A stretch of 64,000 nucleotides of DNA, taken from positions 2,409 to 66,408 of the forward strand of contig JBHLRJ010000003.1 in the NCBI GenBank assembly GCA_048882645.1, in the 5' to 3' direction. This DNA is from Candidatus Thorarchaeota archaeon (GTDB lineage: Archaea > Asgardarchaeota > Lokiarchaeia > Sigyniarchaeales > SOKP01). The notes beneath the pieces were generated by a model, which worked only from the letters and a program-made list of their open reading frames with translations, was not told where the DNA came from and made no database searches. The position numbers and the translations under genes are program-made. Position 1 is the first letter of the stretch, and every line of letters starts with the position of its first letter. Below are positions 9,273-17,965 of the stretch, in pieces.

Positions 9273-10361
9273 TTAAAATAAACTCATGTGAGCCAAATCT
9301 TCTGAAGCATCCTCTATAAATCCGCAATTGGGGCATATTTTTTTTCGCTGTTTCGGTTGTTTGCATGAAGGACAGTTAACAGAATAGAATGCTGTTATAT
9401 AAGCTTCTCCTTTGAGATTATGAGATTGTATTATCACACCATCAATTTCGATCTGGTTTAAACTGCTTTTATTCTCTTCTAATTCTGAAATCTCTTTAAA
9501 CATTTTCCTTGTCTTTTCAATTGCTTTCTTATAGGGTCCTTTCCCCTTCACTTCCCATGAGATATTCGATTCTATAGATTCAAATAATCCCTCTTGACGA
9601 ACTTGGAAATTACGTGGTGAACGATAAATTTCTACACCCTTAATTTCTCCTTCATTATTGATCACGACTACACCAACTGTATTTTTTGGAAACTTGACTT
9701 TCTTTGCCCTTTTTTTGATTCTTCCTCTTCTAGCTGATATTCCTAATGTATATTGTGAATGATCTGAAATTCCTTTTTCACTTGCCATTTCCTCACTGAC
9801 TTTATTCCACACTTTATATTGGCTAATATGGGAAGCTCCTATAAATCCAGAAGCACTAGAATATTTCATCGATCTCATTTCATTGAGCATTCCTCGACTG
9901 GCTTTTCCTCCGTACCCAAATGAAGCACCTGATGATAAACGATGAGGAGCATGTACACATTTAACACTGATGACTTGAGATATGCCTGCTTCAACCATTA
10001 CAGTGCCAATACAAATTCGATCTTGTGTTCCCTGCCCTAGAAAAATTTCTCCTTCCTCAATAAGAATTGGCATGTTTCCTAAGTTTTCAAAAACAATATG
10101 AGCTACTTCAGTCCCTTTATCAATGATATTACAAACTCCCGTCTCAATTGCTTCTGAAAGAGTAAGATAATCACGTTCTTCTTTTGGAATCTCATGCTTA
10201 AGAATCGGTACAAACGAAATTTCGTCTAAAATAACAGGAGTTCCTATTTCGAACCCATCCATTTCTAGCACACGCATTGCGAATTTTTTAATTGTTTCGG
10301 TCTTTGACATTTTCAAATTCAACTTATTTTTGTTATGTAGATTTTGAACTAAAGCCTTCAA
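9273..10361 (-). CDS. ARPP-1/DUF6569-like protein with a C-terminal zinc ribbon
   Basis: The motifs YLTLSEAIETG, EEGEIFLGQGTQDR, VKCVH, QYKVW and GVVVINNEGEIKGVEIY resemble the DUF6569/ARPP-1 pattern (from memory). C-terminal CPSC-x10-CPNC. The track start is TTG at 10361; the first ATG is at 10310. Confidence 0.5.
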   Translation of the reverse strand: MKALVQNLHNKNKLNLKMSKTETIKKFAMRVLEMDGFEIGTPVILDEISFVPILKHEIPKEERDYLTLSEAIETGVCNIIDKGTEVAHIVFENLGNMPILIEEGEIFLGQGTQDRICIGTVMVEAGISQVISVKCVHAPHRLSSGASFGYGGKASRGMLNEMRSMKYSSASGFIGASHISQYKVWNKVSEEMASEKGISDHSQYTLGISARRGRIKKRAKKVKFPKNTVGVVVINNEGEIKGVEIYRSPRNFQVRQEGLFESIESNISWEVKGKGPYKKAIEKTRKMFKEISELEENKSSLNQIEIDGVIIQSHNLKGEAYITAFYSVNCPSCKQPKQRKKICPNCGFIEDASEDLAHMSLF

Positions 10362-10505
10362 TTGTTATTTTTATAAACTAATTGAATTTTCGCTTTAAAT
10401 CTTGTATACCAAGAAAAAAAACTTATATAAACTTATGGATCACTAAATTTCATGGATCCTAGCTCAACCCTCCACATATATTAAAAAATAAAAAAAAATT
10501 AAAAA

Positions 10506-11405
10506 TTAAAATTTAAAAATTTCCCTAAATTTATCCTCCTTTAAAACATTAACTCCTAAGACATATTCCATATAGTTCAAACCATTCTTATGCCCTGCTT
10601 GGCTGAAACTAGCGCTTAAATCCTCACATAGGTATACATTTTTAAAATTGTGGATAACTTTTAATTCGAAAGTCAATAATTTCAATTTTACATCTGTTAC
10701 TACTCCAAAAACTCCAATAATTGCTTTCTCTGTTGAGCTATTATGATTATTAATGATAGAATCTAGTATAAAATCAAGTTTGGTTTCAGTAAAAGAGCTA
10801 AGACTGTTAGAATTGATTACTTGCGTAAAAGTGTTATAAGGAGGTGTTTCTACGTATTTTGCCAAGGATTCGATAAATTTTGCTCCATGCGATCCTTTTA
10901 TACAATGATATCCAAAGTTCGTCATTTCTTCTACCTGACTAGGATCAATTGGATCATGCCAATCTCTTAAATGTATAAAATAGTAGCGATCTTTATTATC
11001 AGCTTTATTTGTATCAGAAGCTTTTTTCATAAGATCGTCTATAAATTTTACTAACCTATCATTATCCCATAATCGATTTGATTGATCGATATTGATGTGG
11101 ACTCTGTGTTTATATTTTTTAATAAATTGATGGTAAGAATACTTTAACTCGTTTGCCCTAGGGTCATCAAAATTTTTTATCATTTCAATGAAATTATCAA
11201 TATCTTTCTCGCCTGGTGGTATTGTTTTATTTTTAAAATACCTTATCCATTGTTCTCTACACACTTCATAGCTTACTTTCCAAGGATCACTAATATCATT
11301 TTTAATTTCAGCTAGATATTCTCTTTCAATGAAATCATTCTGCATCGAATTTGTTATAATTATATATAAATTGCCAGATTCGTTATTTTCTATATACTTA
11401 GACAT
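10506..11405 (-). CDS. isochorismatase/nicotinamidase-fold protein with the catalytic Cys and Lys positions substituted
   Basis: IIITNSMQNDF, DWHDPID, YHCIKGSHGAKF and GVFGVVTDVKL align with the PncA motifs (vvD.QNDF, DWHP.H.SF, HCV.GT.GA.F, G.A.D.CV). ATG is preceded by GAGGGG, 12 bp after the WD40 gene stop. Confidence 0.6.
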   Translation of the reverse strand: MSKYIENNESGNLYIIITNSMQNDFIEREYLAEIKNDISDPWKVSYEVCREQWIRYFKNKTIPPGEKDIDNFIEMIKNFDDPRANELKYSYHQFIKKYKHRVHINIDQSNRLWDNDRLVKFIDDLMKKASDTNKADNKDRYYFIHLRDWHDPIDPSQVEEMTNFGYHCIKGSHGAKFIESLAKYVETPPYNTFTQVINSNSLSSFTETKLDFILDSIINNHNSSTEKAIIGVFGVVTDVKLKLLTFELKVIHNFKNVYLCEDLSASFSQAGHKNGLNYMEYVLGVNVLKEDKFREIFKF

Positions 11406-11417
11406 ATTTAGCCCCTC

Positions 11418-14159
11418 TTAATTTGTTTTTATTCCCCCTGTTCCTAATCTTCTTCTTGCTAGGACAGTTTTAATTGGTTTTTTAATCAAAATTAATATAA
11501 AAACAGTGATAAACAAGACACTTACAAATGCATTTAGACTTAATAGAATTATCCAAATAGGTTCTATAAAACGTCCAGGTTCCTCAAAAATATCTTTATA
11601 AAGAATTAAAACACTTATTATAGTGAAAAGAAAATCGAGCATTACCAATCCCGCAAGATATTTGTCTAGAATTTTCCCTCCTCTTGACCATGAACCTTTC
11701 CCAATTTTAATTATAGCATGTGGATTTGGAGGAGAGTGAAAATTATTTCTAAATGCTTCAAATAATTCAATGTCCCCTTTTACCTCCTTTCTAGATTCTA
11801 AAGGGTTTAAACTTTCAGTTAATTCAACGGAAATCTTTCTTATTTTAATTTTTGCATAATCTTCCACACTGTATCTCTCGTTTAATTTAAAGATACAATC
11901 AGAATAATAGAATTTATCAGGAATACCCTCCTTTGTATTATTGTAGGCCTTTTCATACGGTTCAGAATGCTTATCCTTTATTGATTTATACGGTTTTTTT
12001 AATATATATAATGGCACATATCGTTGATCATTTTCCTTTTCATTGTTTTCTTTTTTATCCTTTTGTTTTTTCTTCTCACTTTGTTCAGCCTTTGGCTTAA
12101 TTGATAGTTTAAAATCTGTAAATATTAACTTATCTTTGTCGCCACGATCGTCTTCAATATCTAGATTAACTGCTTTTAATAATGGTATGAATGTGGTTGG
12201 AACCCTATCTAAAACCATTAAGAACCTTAATTGTGATTGGGTTCGATCCCTGAGAATTATAAAGGGTTCTTGTTCATTTTTCCTATTTGAAAAACTATTA
12301 AAATTGGTAATTTCAATAAAACGTGCGTATTCGATTGGTTTTTCTATGTCTGTGGTTAAAAACAGTTTAAATTTCCATTGTAAATGGGGAACTTCATGAA
12401 ACATCTTTGTCGTACTGAACCAATAACTCTCATAATTTGTCCTTACACTATCGATATATATTCTCTGATCCTTGTCAACTCCCTCGAACTTTATAAATGA
12501 TGGTACAAAGAGAGCACCTAACTTTCTTGGATTATACCCTTCAATTGGATCTTTTAACCTTGTTTTAATCTCAGTATAGATCTTCTTTAATGATTCTTCA
12601 TCTTCATCCAAAGTTTTTACAATTTGTTTTAAATTAGGACCATATATTTTTTTATAGAGATCCTTATGCTTAAGCTCTAAAAGTTTAAGCTGCTGATAAA
12701 AATGCCATATTCGACCATAATTTCTGAGAATTAAGACTTTATTTTTCTTTATTGCAAAAATATATTGATCTCTAGGAGAAAGTAAGATCTGTCTCAAAAA
12801 ATCTAAACCCAAACCGTAATCTTTTAATTTTAACTCTTCGTGGTTCATTTGATGTTCTTTCTCTTTGCTTTTTTTCTGGAGCTTAATTTCATTATATATG
12901 TCGATTTCGTCATCAAGATTTATGTTTCTTACTAAAACTTTATCAGTTATATTCCATACCTTTATTGTGTTATCTTTTGAAGCAGAAAAAAGATATTTAT
13001 CGTCATCCTGGACAACTAATGATACAATCTCTTTAGTATGGTCAAACTTCTCGAAAATTTTCTTTCTTTTTTCGATATCCCATACCCTAACTACATTATC
13101 AAGGCAACCTGAAGCTACTTTAGTTCCATCTTTAAAGATTTTTACACAAGTTATACCATTTTCATGGGATCCGATTACTGATTCCTTCCTATCATTGTCT
13201 AAATCAAATTTATATATGTTATTATCATTGGAACCACTGATTAAAAATTTCTGATCCTTTCCATTATATAAATCAAATGTTAGAATCCACTCACCTTTTG
13301 TGCTTAGATTAGAATCACGTTGTATTGGTTGCTCACTAGAAGGTATTAGATGCAACTCTCCAATGAAATTTTCTCCAGTCTTATCTTTAGAATATATTCC
13401 GATAGTGTTAGCAGAAAAAAATATTCTAAATCCCTCTTTTAGATTTCCATCTAATTTATCTGCTAGTTTATCTGGTAAAATTTTGATATCAAAAATAGCT
13501 TTCTGAGTTTTACTCTCTTCTGAAAATTTTTGATAAAATTTAGGTTTTAAATTCCATTCTTTCTGTTTTTCATCAACATCACCAATCCAAACATATATTT
13601 CTCCGTTGATACTCCCCGCACATACAATCCATATTTCCTTATTATTTATTTCGGTTGTTAAAGCGTCAACACATAGCAACCAATTAGTTTTTTTTACTTC
13701 TCCTACACCCTCTCCTCTCTCTTCTGCTCTTATAGATCCTTCTAAAATAAATTCTTCTTTCCCTACCTTTTGCAAGATTTTATCTATTGACCATACACAT
13801 ACTCTTGGAATTTCACCTTCCTCAAGTTCAGAGCAAATTATTAAATATTCACCATTTGGAGTTATTACCATGCTTCTAACATCAAGATCTTTGCTTAAAC
13901 CTGTTTCTCGATAACATTTTAGCACTTGTCTTATGACTGGTTTTTGAGCTTTTTCTTCAATTTTGACCTTTTTCTTTACATCTTGCATTTCTATAGTTAA
14001 ATCATCTAATTTACTTGCATCAATAATAATTTCATTTTTACCTTGCCTAAGAACTATCTTTTTATCCTCTGTCTTAGCTTTCAATATATTAGTTATCTTC
14101 TGAGATGGGTCATCATATTTAGTTTCATTATGAGTATTACTTGTCAAATTATTCGCCAT
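11418..14159 (-). CDS. WD40 beta-propeller protein with a large middle region and a C-terminal two-helix membrane anchor
   Basis: Canonical WD units (GHENGITCVKIFKDGTKVASGCLDNVVRVWDI; DHTKEIVSLVVQDDDKYLFSASKDNTIKVWNI). C-terminal hydrophobic helices LVMLDFLFTIISVLILY and IWIILLSLNAFVSVLFITVFILILI. Confidence 0.8.
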   Translation of the reverse strand: MANNLTSNTHNETKYDDPSQKITNILKAKTEDKKIVLRQGKNEIIIDASKLDDLTIEMQDVKKKVKIEEKAQKPVIRQVLKCYRETGLSKDLDVRSMVITPNGEYLIICSELEEGEIPRVCVWSIDKILQKVGKEEFILEGSIRAEERGEGVGEVKKTNWLLCVDALTTEINNKEIWIVCAGSINGEIYVWIGDVDEKQKEWNLKPKFYQKFSEESKTQKAIFDIKILPDKLADKLDGNLKEGFRIFFSANTIGIYSKDKTGENFIGELHLIPSSEQPIQRDSNLSTKGEWILTFDLYNGKDQKFLISGSNDNNIYKFDLDNDRKESVIGSHENGITCVKIFKDGTKVASGCLDNVVRVWDIEKRKKIFEKFDHTKEIVSLVVQDDDKYLFSASKDNTIKVWNITDKVLVRNINLDDEIDIYNEIKLQKKSKEKEHQMNHEELKLKDYGLGLDFLRQILLSPRDQYIFAIKKNKVLILRNYGRIWHFYQQLKLLELKHKDLYKKIYGPNLKQIVKTLDEDEESLKKIYTEIKTRLKDPIEGYNPRKLGALFVPSFIKFEGVDKDQRIYIDSVRTNYESYWFSTTKMFHEVPHLQWKFKLFLTTDIEKPIEYARFIEITNFNSFSNRKNEQEPFIILRDRTQSQLRFLMVLDRVPTTFIPLLKAVNLDIEDDRGDKDKLIFTDFKLSIKPKAEQSEKKKQKDKKENNEKENDQRYVPLYILKKPYKSIKDKHSEPYEKAYNNTKEGIPDKFYYSDCIFKLNERYSVEDYAKIKIRKISVELTESLNPLESRKEVKGDIELFEAFRNNFHSPPNPHAIIKIGKGSWSRGGKILDKYLAGLVMLDFLFTIISVLILYKDIFEEPGRFIEPIWIILLSLNAFVSVLFITVFILILIKKPIKTVLARRRLGTGGIKTN

Positions 14160-14272
14160 TTTTTTAAGAATTAAAATATAGATTAATTGAAGTGACGTTT
14201 TAATTTAAGATTTTTTATAATCATCTTATAGAAATTAAAAAGAGATACTAACAGATTTTTTACAATGTACGT

Positions 14273-15070
14273 CTATGACTCTTTCGAAAACACTTTTTTG
14301 AAGCAGTTACAACACGGGATTCCAATCTTAATTTTACCTACTAAAAACTTATCAAAAAACTCAGAATCTTCCATAAGTTCAATAAGATTTTCCTTTAATC
14401 GCTTTGTAAAAGGATCATTAGAGAAGAAAACTCTATTTAAATTACTATGATGATTTTTTCCCAAACAAATGGGACATCGGGAAAAATACAAAAGGAATGT
14501 CTGATAGATATGTTTTTCTTGATCAGATAATTTTAGGTTTTCAGGTCTATAATAAACAATGTGTTCAAAAATACGGGAGACTATATTATCGAAAATCTGG
14601 GGAGTTTTCAGTTTGTCATGAGTAGAAATAAGATAAAATCTTGAAATTTCATTTGTTTCTACAAATTCACTAATCTCTTCCAAATTTATTTTGTCCTTTA
14701 TAGCTGATTTGAAAGCGATTAAAAAAATTGGAATTTGTCCAGAATATGATCTTATCTGTTCTAACCAATAATTTAAATCCTCAAAACTCTGTAAAACTGA
14801 AATATCATAGAATAGAAGACACGCTACAGCACCCCTAAAAAAGGTAGAACTCATAAATCGAAATCTTTGAGCACTATTAATATCCCAAATGCTTATAGTC
14901 AGACTGTCGCCATATTCGTTTGAACAAGATGTAGTTTTGATGTCAGTTCCTACAGTAATAAATGAATTCTTAAAAAAACTATTTATATTTTGCTCACACC
15001 CTTTAAAAAAAGCACTCTTAGCAGGATTCCATCCAACAGCCACAACCTTTACTTTAAATGAGCTAGACAT
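14273..15070 (-). CDS. small-GTPase-like protein with degenerate nucleotide-binding motifs and a C-terminal Cys-rich domain
   Basis: Ras-like fold pattern, but G1 is GWNPAKS, G3 is WDINSAQ and G4 is FKSA. The C-terminal SRCPIC..NHH...GIPCCNC is paralogous to 8282-9178. GGGGAG precedes the ATG. Confidence 0.6.
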   Translation of the reverse strand: MSSSFKVKVVAVGWNPAKSAFFKGCEQNINSFFKNSFITVGTDIKTTSCSNEYGDSLTISIWDINSAQRFRFMSSTFFRGAVACLLFYDISVLQSFEDLNYWLEQIRSYSGQIPIFLIAFKSAIKDKINLEEISEFVETNEISRFYLISTHDKLKTPQIFDNIVSRIFEHIVYYRPENLKLSDQEKHIYQTFLLYFSRCPICLGKNHHSNLNRVFFSNDPFTKRLKENLIELMEDSEFFDKFLVGKIKIGIPCCNCFKKVFSKES

Positions 15071-15231
15071 TATTATCTCCCCAAGAGAATTTAAAGGATG
15101 AAAAAGAAAATCCCATATTGAAATAGAAAATTCATGTATAAAAATTTTCAGTCTAATAAAAGAAAAATATTAAATTTTAGAATTAAAAGTAACGATTAAA
15201 GATTTATAATTCATTATTACTAATTGTAACT

Positions 15232-15666
15232 ATGAGATCCAATCCTATAGTGATTCGCATAATTAAGAGAAAAAAAGAGGTCTATTACCCTCTATTTACA
15301 CTCTCCATAACTTTTCTAATCTATTGGATCCTAATTATTTTCATTAATTTTATTGACAGCCAAGTTGTTTTACCATTTCTAGTATGGAATTTAACCATAT
15401 TAGTCTTCAGGTACTCCTTCGACTTGTATTATGAAAAAAAAAATGAAATTGAATCCCGTTCAAATCAAATATTAATTTTCTTATTTGTAATGACGATTTT
15501 TACAACTTCCATTATTGTATTAAGATTGGTTGTACTGATATTATTTAATATATATTATGTTATTCCAATCTCAATCGATTTGTTTCTCTCACTTTTAATT
15601 TATTTTGTTTTACGAAAAGAAATAAAGAAATATTATTCTGCTAAAGATAAAGAGATTCCTAAATAA
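15232..15666 (+). CDS. membrane protein (hypothetical)
   Basis: Four hydrophobic helices; no family recognised. Confidence 0.45.
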   Translation: MRSNPIVIRIIKRKKEVYYPLFTLSITFLIYWILIIFINFIDSQVVLPFLVWNLTILVFRYSFDLYYEKKNEIESRSNQILIFLFVMTIFTTSIIVLRLVVLILFNIYYVIPISIDLFLSLLIYFVLRKEIKKYYSAKDKEIPK

Positions 15667-15707
15667 TATCTATCTCTTACTCAATAAAAGAGATTTTAAA
15701 AGTAATT

Positions 15708-16658
15708 ATGAAGTCCGCTGAATCGGAGTATGACAAAGAACAACAAGAGTCGCATCTCTTAATTTACATACTCTTCATAATCATGATCACAGCAGTTTTA
15801 ATTTCTCTTCGGATTATCTTTATTTACATGCAAGGAAAACCATCTACATCCTTTTTTTTTGATTTATTAATACATAACAGAGATTTAAACTTTAAAACCA
15901 ATTACGAATTAATGCAAAACGGAATTATCCACTACTATGACGAACAAGCTCTAATAGATGAAAGAGCAATTTACATCTACTTTTGGTATTTTATCTTTTA
16001 CCCTTTCTACCTTATGCCTCTCAATATATCACTTTATATTTGGGATCTTTTTAGAATCATTTCTACAATATACATCGCTATTAAAATAAGTAAAATAATT
16101 AAATTAAAAAGAGATTTGCTTTTTTACTTCTTGCTTTCCGGTATTGGATACATCGCAGACATGTATTTAAATAATACAAATTGGATAATTCAATTTTTCA
16201 TATATGAGTCCTATATTCAACTAGATAGGAATAAGAAAATCTTGTCTGGGATTTTTTTTGCTTTATCGATGTTTAAAATAACCCTAGCTATTTTTCCACT
16301 TTTACTTCTTATTATAAAAAGAATAAAAATAAAGGATTTTCTCTATTACCTTATCCCCTTTGCCTTAATCTGCATTCCTTATCTAATTTTTCCCAATTAC
16401 CTTTTAAAGATGATTTCTAATTGGTTTCATAGTGTAGATTACGTTTCGGGTTTCTCTCTTGTAAATTTCTTTTTTGCACTCTGGCGTATTATTCAACCAG
16501 CTCATTTGATGTTTATAAGCATTATCTTAGTAGTTATTTTTCTAAATATAAAAAAGGAAGGTGTAAAACAAAAAATTGGTTCATGGATCTATTTATTTGT
16601 TTTTGTGTTGTGGGGCCTTATTTGGCTAATCCTTCTAGAATTAGCAATCTTCTTATAA
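15708..16658 (+). CDS. polytopic membrane protein (possibly GT-C/DUF2029-like glycosyltransferase)
   Basis: About 9 TM helices and aromatic-rich loops. The family call is weak. Confidence 0.4.
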   Translation: MKSAESEYDKEQQESHLLIYILFIIMITAVLISLRIIFIYMQGKPSTSFFFDLLIHNRDLNFKTNYELMQNGIIHYYDEQALIDERAIYIYFWYFIFYPFYLMPLNISLYIWDLFRIISTIYIAIKISKIIKLKRDLLFYFLLSGIGYIADMYLNNTNWIIQFFIYESYIQLDRNKKILSGIFFALSMFKITLAIFPLLLLIIKRIKIKDFLYYLIPFALICIPYLIFPNYLLKMISNWFHSVDYVSGFSLVNFFFALWRIIQPAHLMFISIILVVIFLNIKKEGVKQKIGSWIYLFVFVLWGLIWLILLELAIFL

Positions 16659-16667
16659 ACAGAGCAC

Positions 16668-17075
16668 TTAAGTATTGTCTTTATGAATAATGATTACAGC
16701 AAAGGAGATATAAATAAAAACCATAGTTGAAAAACTGAATGCTGGAACAAAACAAGCAAATCTTAATAACCGGATTAAAAAAATAAGACTCCCCAAGATT
16801 CCAAAAACAAATTTCGATATTAGTACTGCTTTATATCTTCTACTAAATTCTTTAATCCTTAAAGTGAGTATTCCTGAAAAAAACATAAGCATGAGCCTAA
16901 TGATTTCTAACATAGGTAAACATATACCTAATAATATATATACCCATTCACTTAAAAAGAGTGATTCATTTATCCCTAAAATAAGTATTAAATTAACCAT
17001 GAACAAGATAAGCGATATAAATACATTAAACACAACAAATTGAGTTAATAATTTATATCCTTCTTTGTAATTCAT
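16668..17075 (-). CDS. membrane protein (hypothetical)
   Basis: 135-aa ORF, four hydrophobic helices. Confidence 0.4.
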   Translation of the reverse strand: MNYKEGYKLLTQFVVFNVFISLILFMVNLILILGINESLFLSEWVYILLGICLPMLEIIRLMLMFFSGILTLRIKEFSRRYKAVLISKFVFGILGSLIFLIRLLRFACFVPAFSFSTMVFIYISFAVIIIHKDNT

Positions 17076-17207
17076 GAATCTTTCTAACCTTTAATAAACA
17101 TAATAGTACTTAAACATGTAAGGAGTAAATATTTTTATATTTACCATTCTTAATAAGATTATTTTACATAAAAATGAAATTCAAAAACACAAAATTCGTG
17201 AAGTTAT

Positions 17208-17870
17208 ATGTCAGAAAATGAAGTAATTTGTCCCAAATGCGGTAAAGTAAATAGAAAAGACAGTAAATATTGTATCCAATGTGGCAACTCCCTAGAAGAA
17301 ATTGAGAAGGTTTCATTTGAGGAAAAATATCGTCTCGATAAACCTGTTAGCTCCATCAGCTCCACTACACCCCCAAAAATTAGAAAGAAAATTAAACCAC
17401 TTTACAAAGTTTTGATATTCTTTGCCGTAGCTACTATTGTTAATTTCATATTCGCGGCAATAATAATGGGTGCATTTCAACTTCCAGGAAATGCTTATTT
17501 AAGCCTATTCTTTGGATTATATATTTTATCAATTATCCTCACTGCAATATTTTGGGGAGCGGGGACTTATACTCATGTCCATGGAGGTGGTGGTGAAGCA
17601 GTTGGAATAATTATAGGTGGCATCGTGGTGGCTATTATTGCAATTCCCGCTTATATTTTCACCATTTTCCAAGCAATTCTTGGAACCATTTTTGCAAGTA
17701 TAGGTGAAGTAATTAACAATGCAATTAATAATGCAATCAGCAGTTTTTTTTCAGAATTATTTTCTGGTATTGAAATTCCTGGATTTGAGCCGTTTTTGTT
17801 CGTTGGTTTATTCTTGGTTCTTTCGTTTTTTATTATCTATAGATATCATTTAAAGGTAAAAAATAAATAA
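17208..17870 (+). CDS. zinc-ribbon membrane protein with a PGF-CTERM-like C-terminal sorting signal
   Basis: N-terminal CPKCG-x12-CIQCG and three internal TM helices. The C-terminus is IPGFEPFLFVGLFLVLSFFIIYRYHLKVKNK (PGF + TM + basic tail, 17778-17867). Confidence 0.6.
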   Translation: MSENEVICPKCGKVNRKDSKYCIQCGNSLEEIEKVSFEEKYRLDKPVSSISSTTPPKIRKKIKPLYKVLIFFAVATIVNFIFAAIIMGAFQLPGNAYLSLFFGLYILSIILTAIFWGAGTYTHVHGGGGEAVGIIIGGIVVAIIAIPAYIFTIFQAILGTIFASIGEVINNAINNAISSFFSELFSGIEIPGFEPFLFVGLFLVLSFFIIYRYHLKVKNK

Positions 17871-17965
17871 TCTTTAAAATCAATACTCTTTTTATTTCTT
17901 ACTTTTTAGTATTTATAATTATTATATTAATAGGACGAACCGAACACTCTCTAGAGAATCATATC

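Noticed and set aside
11405-11420. WD40 gene and nicotinamidase-fold gene are in the same frame, separated by TAA plus four codons (possible third readthrough case)
   Set aside because: The spacer reads TAA GAG GGG CTA AAT ATG, which is an SD-like GAGGGG at proper distance from a real ATG. No domain continuity crosses the stop. This is an ordinary coupled operon junction.
12043-13914. Plus-strand ORFs 12043-12399, 12865-13254, 13300-13506 and 13606-13914 inside the WD40 gene
   Set aside because: They are antisense shadow ORFs of a long, well-supported minus-strand gene. They are low-complexity Ser/Leu/Phe-rich translations typical of AT-rich antisense frames.
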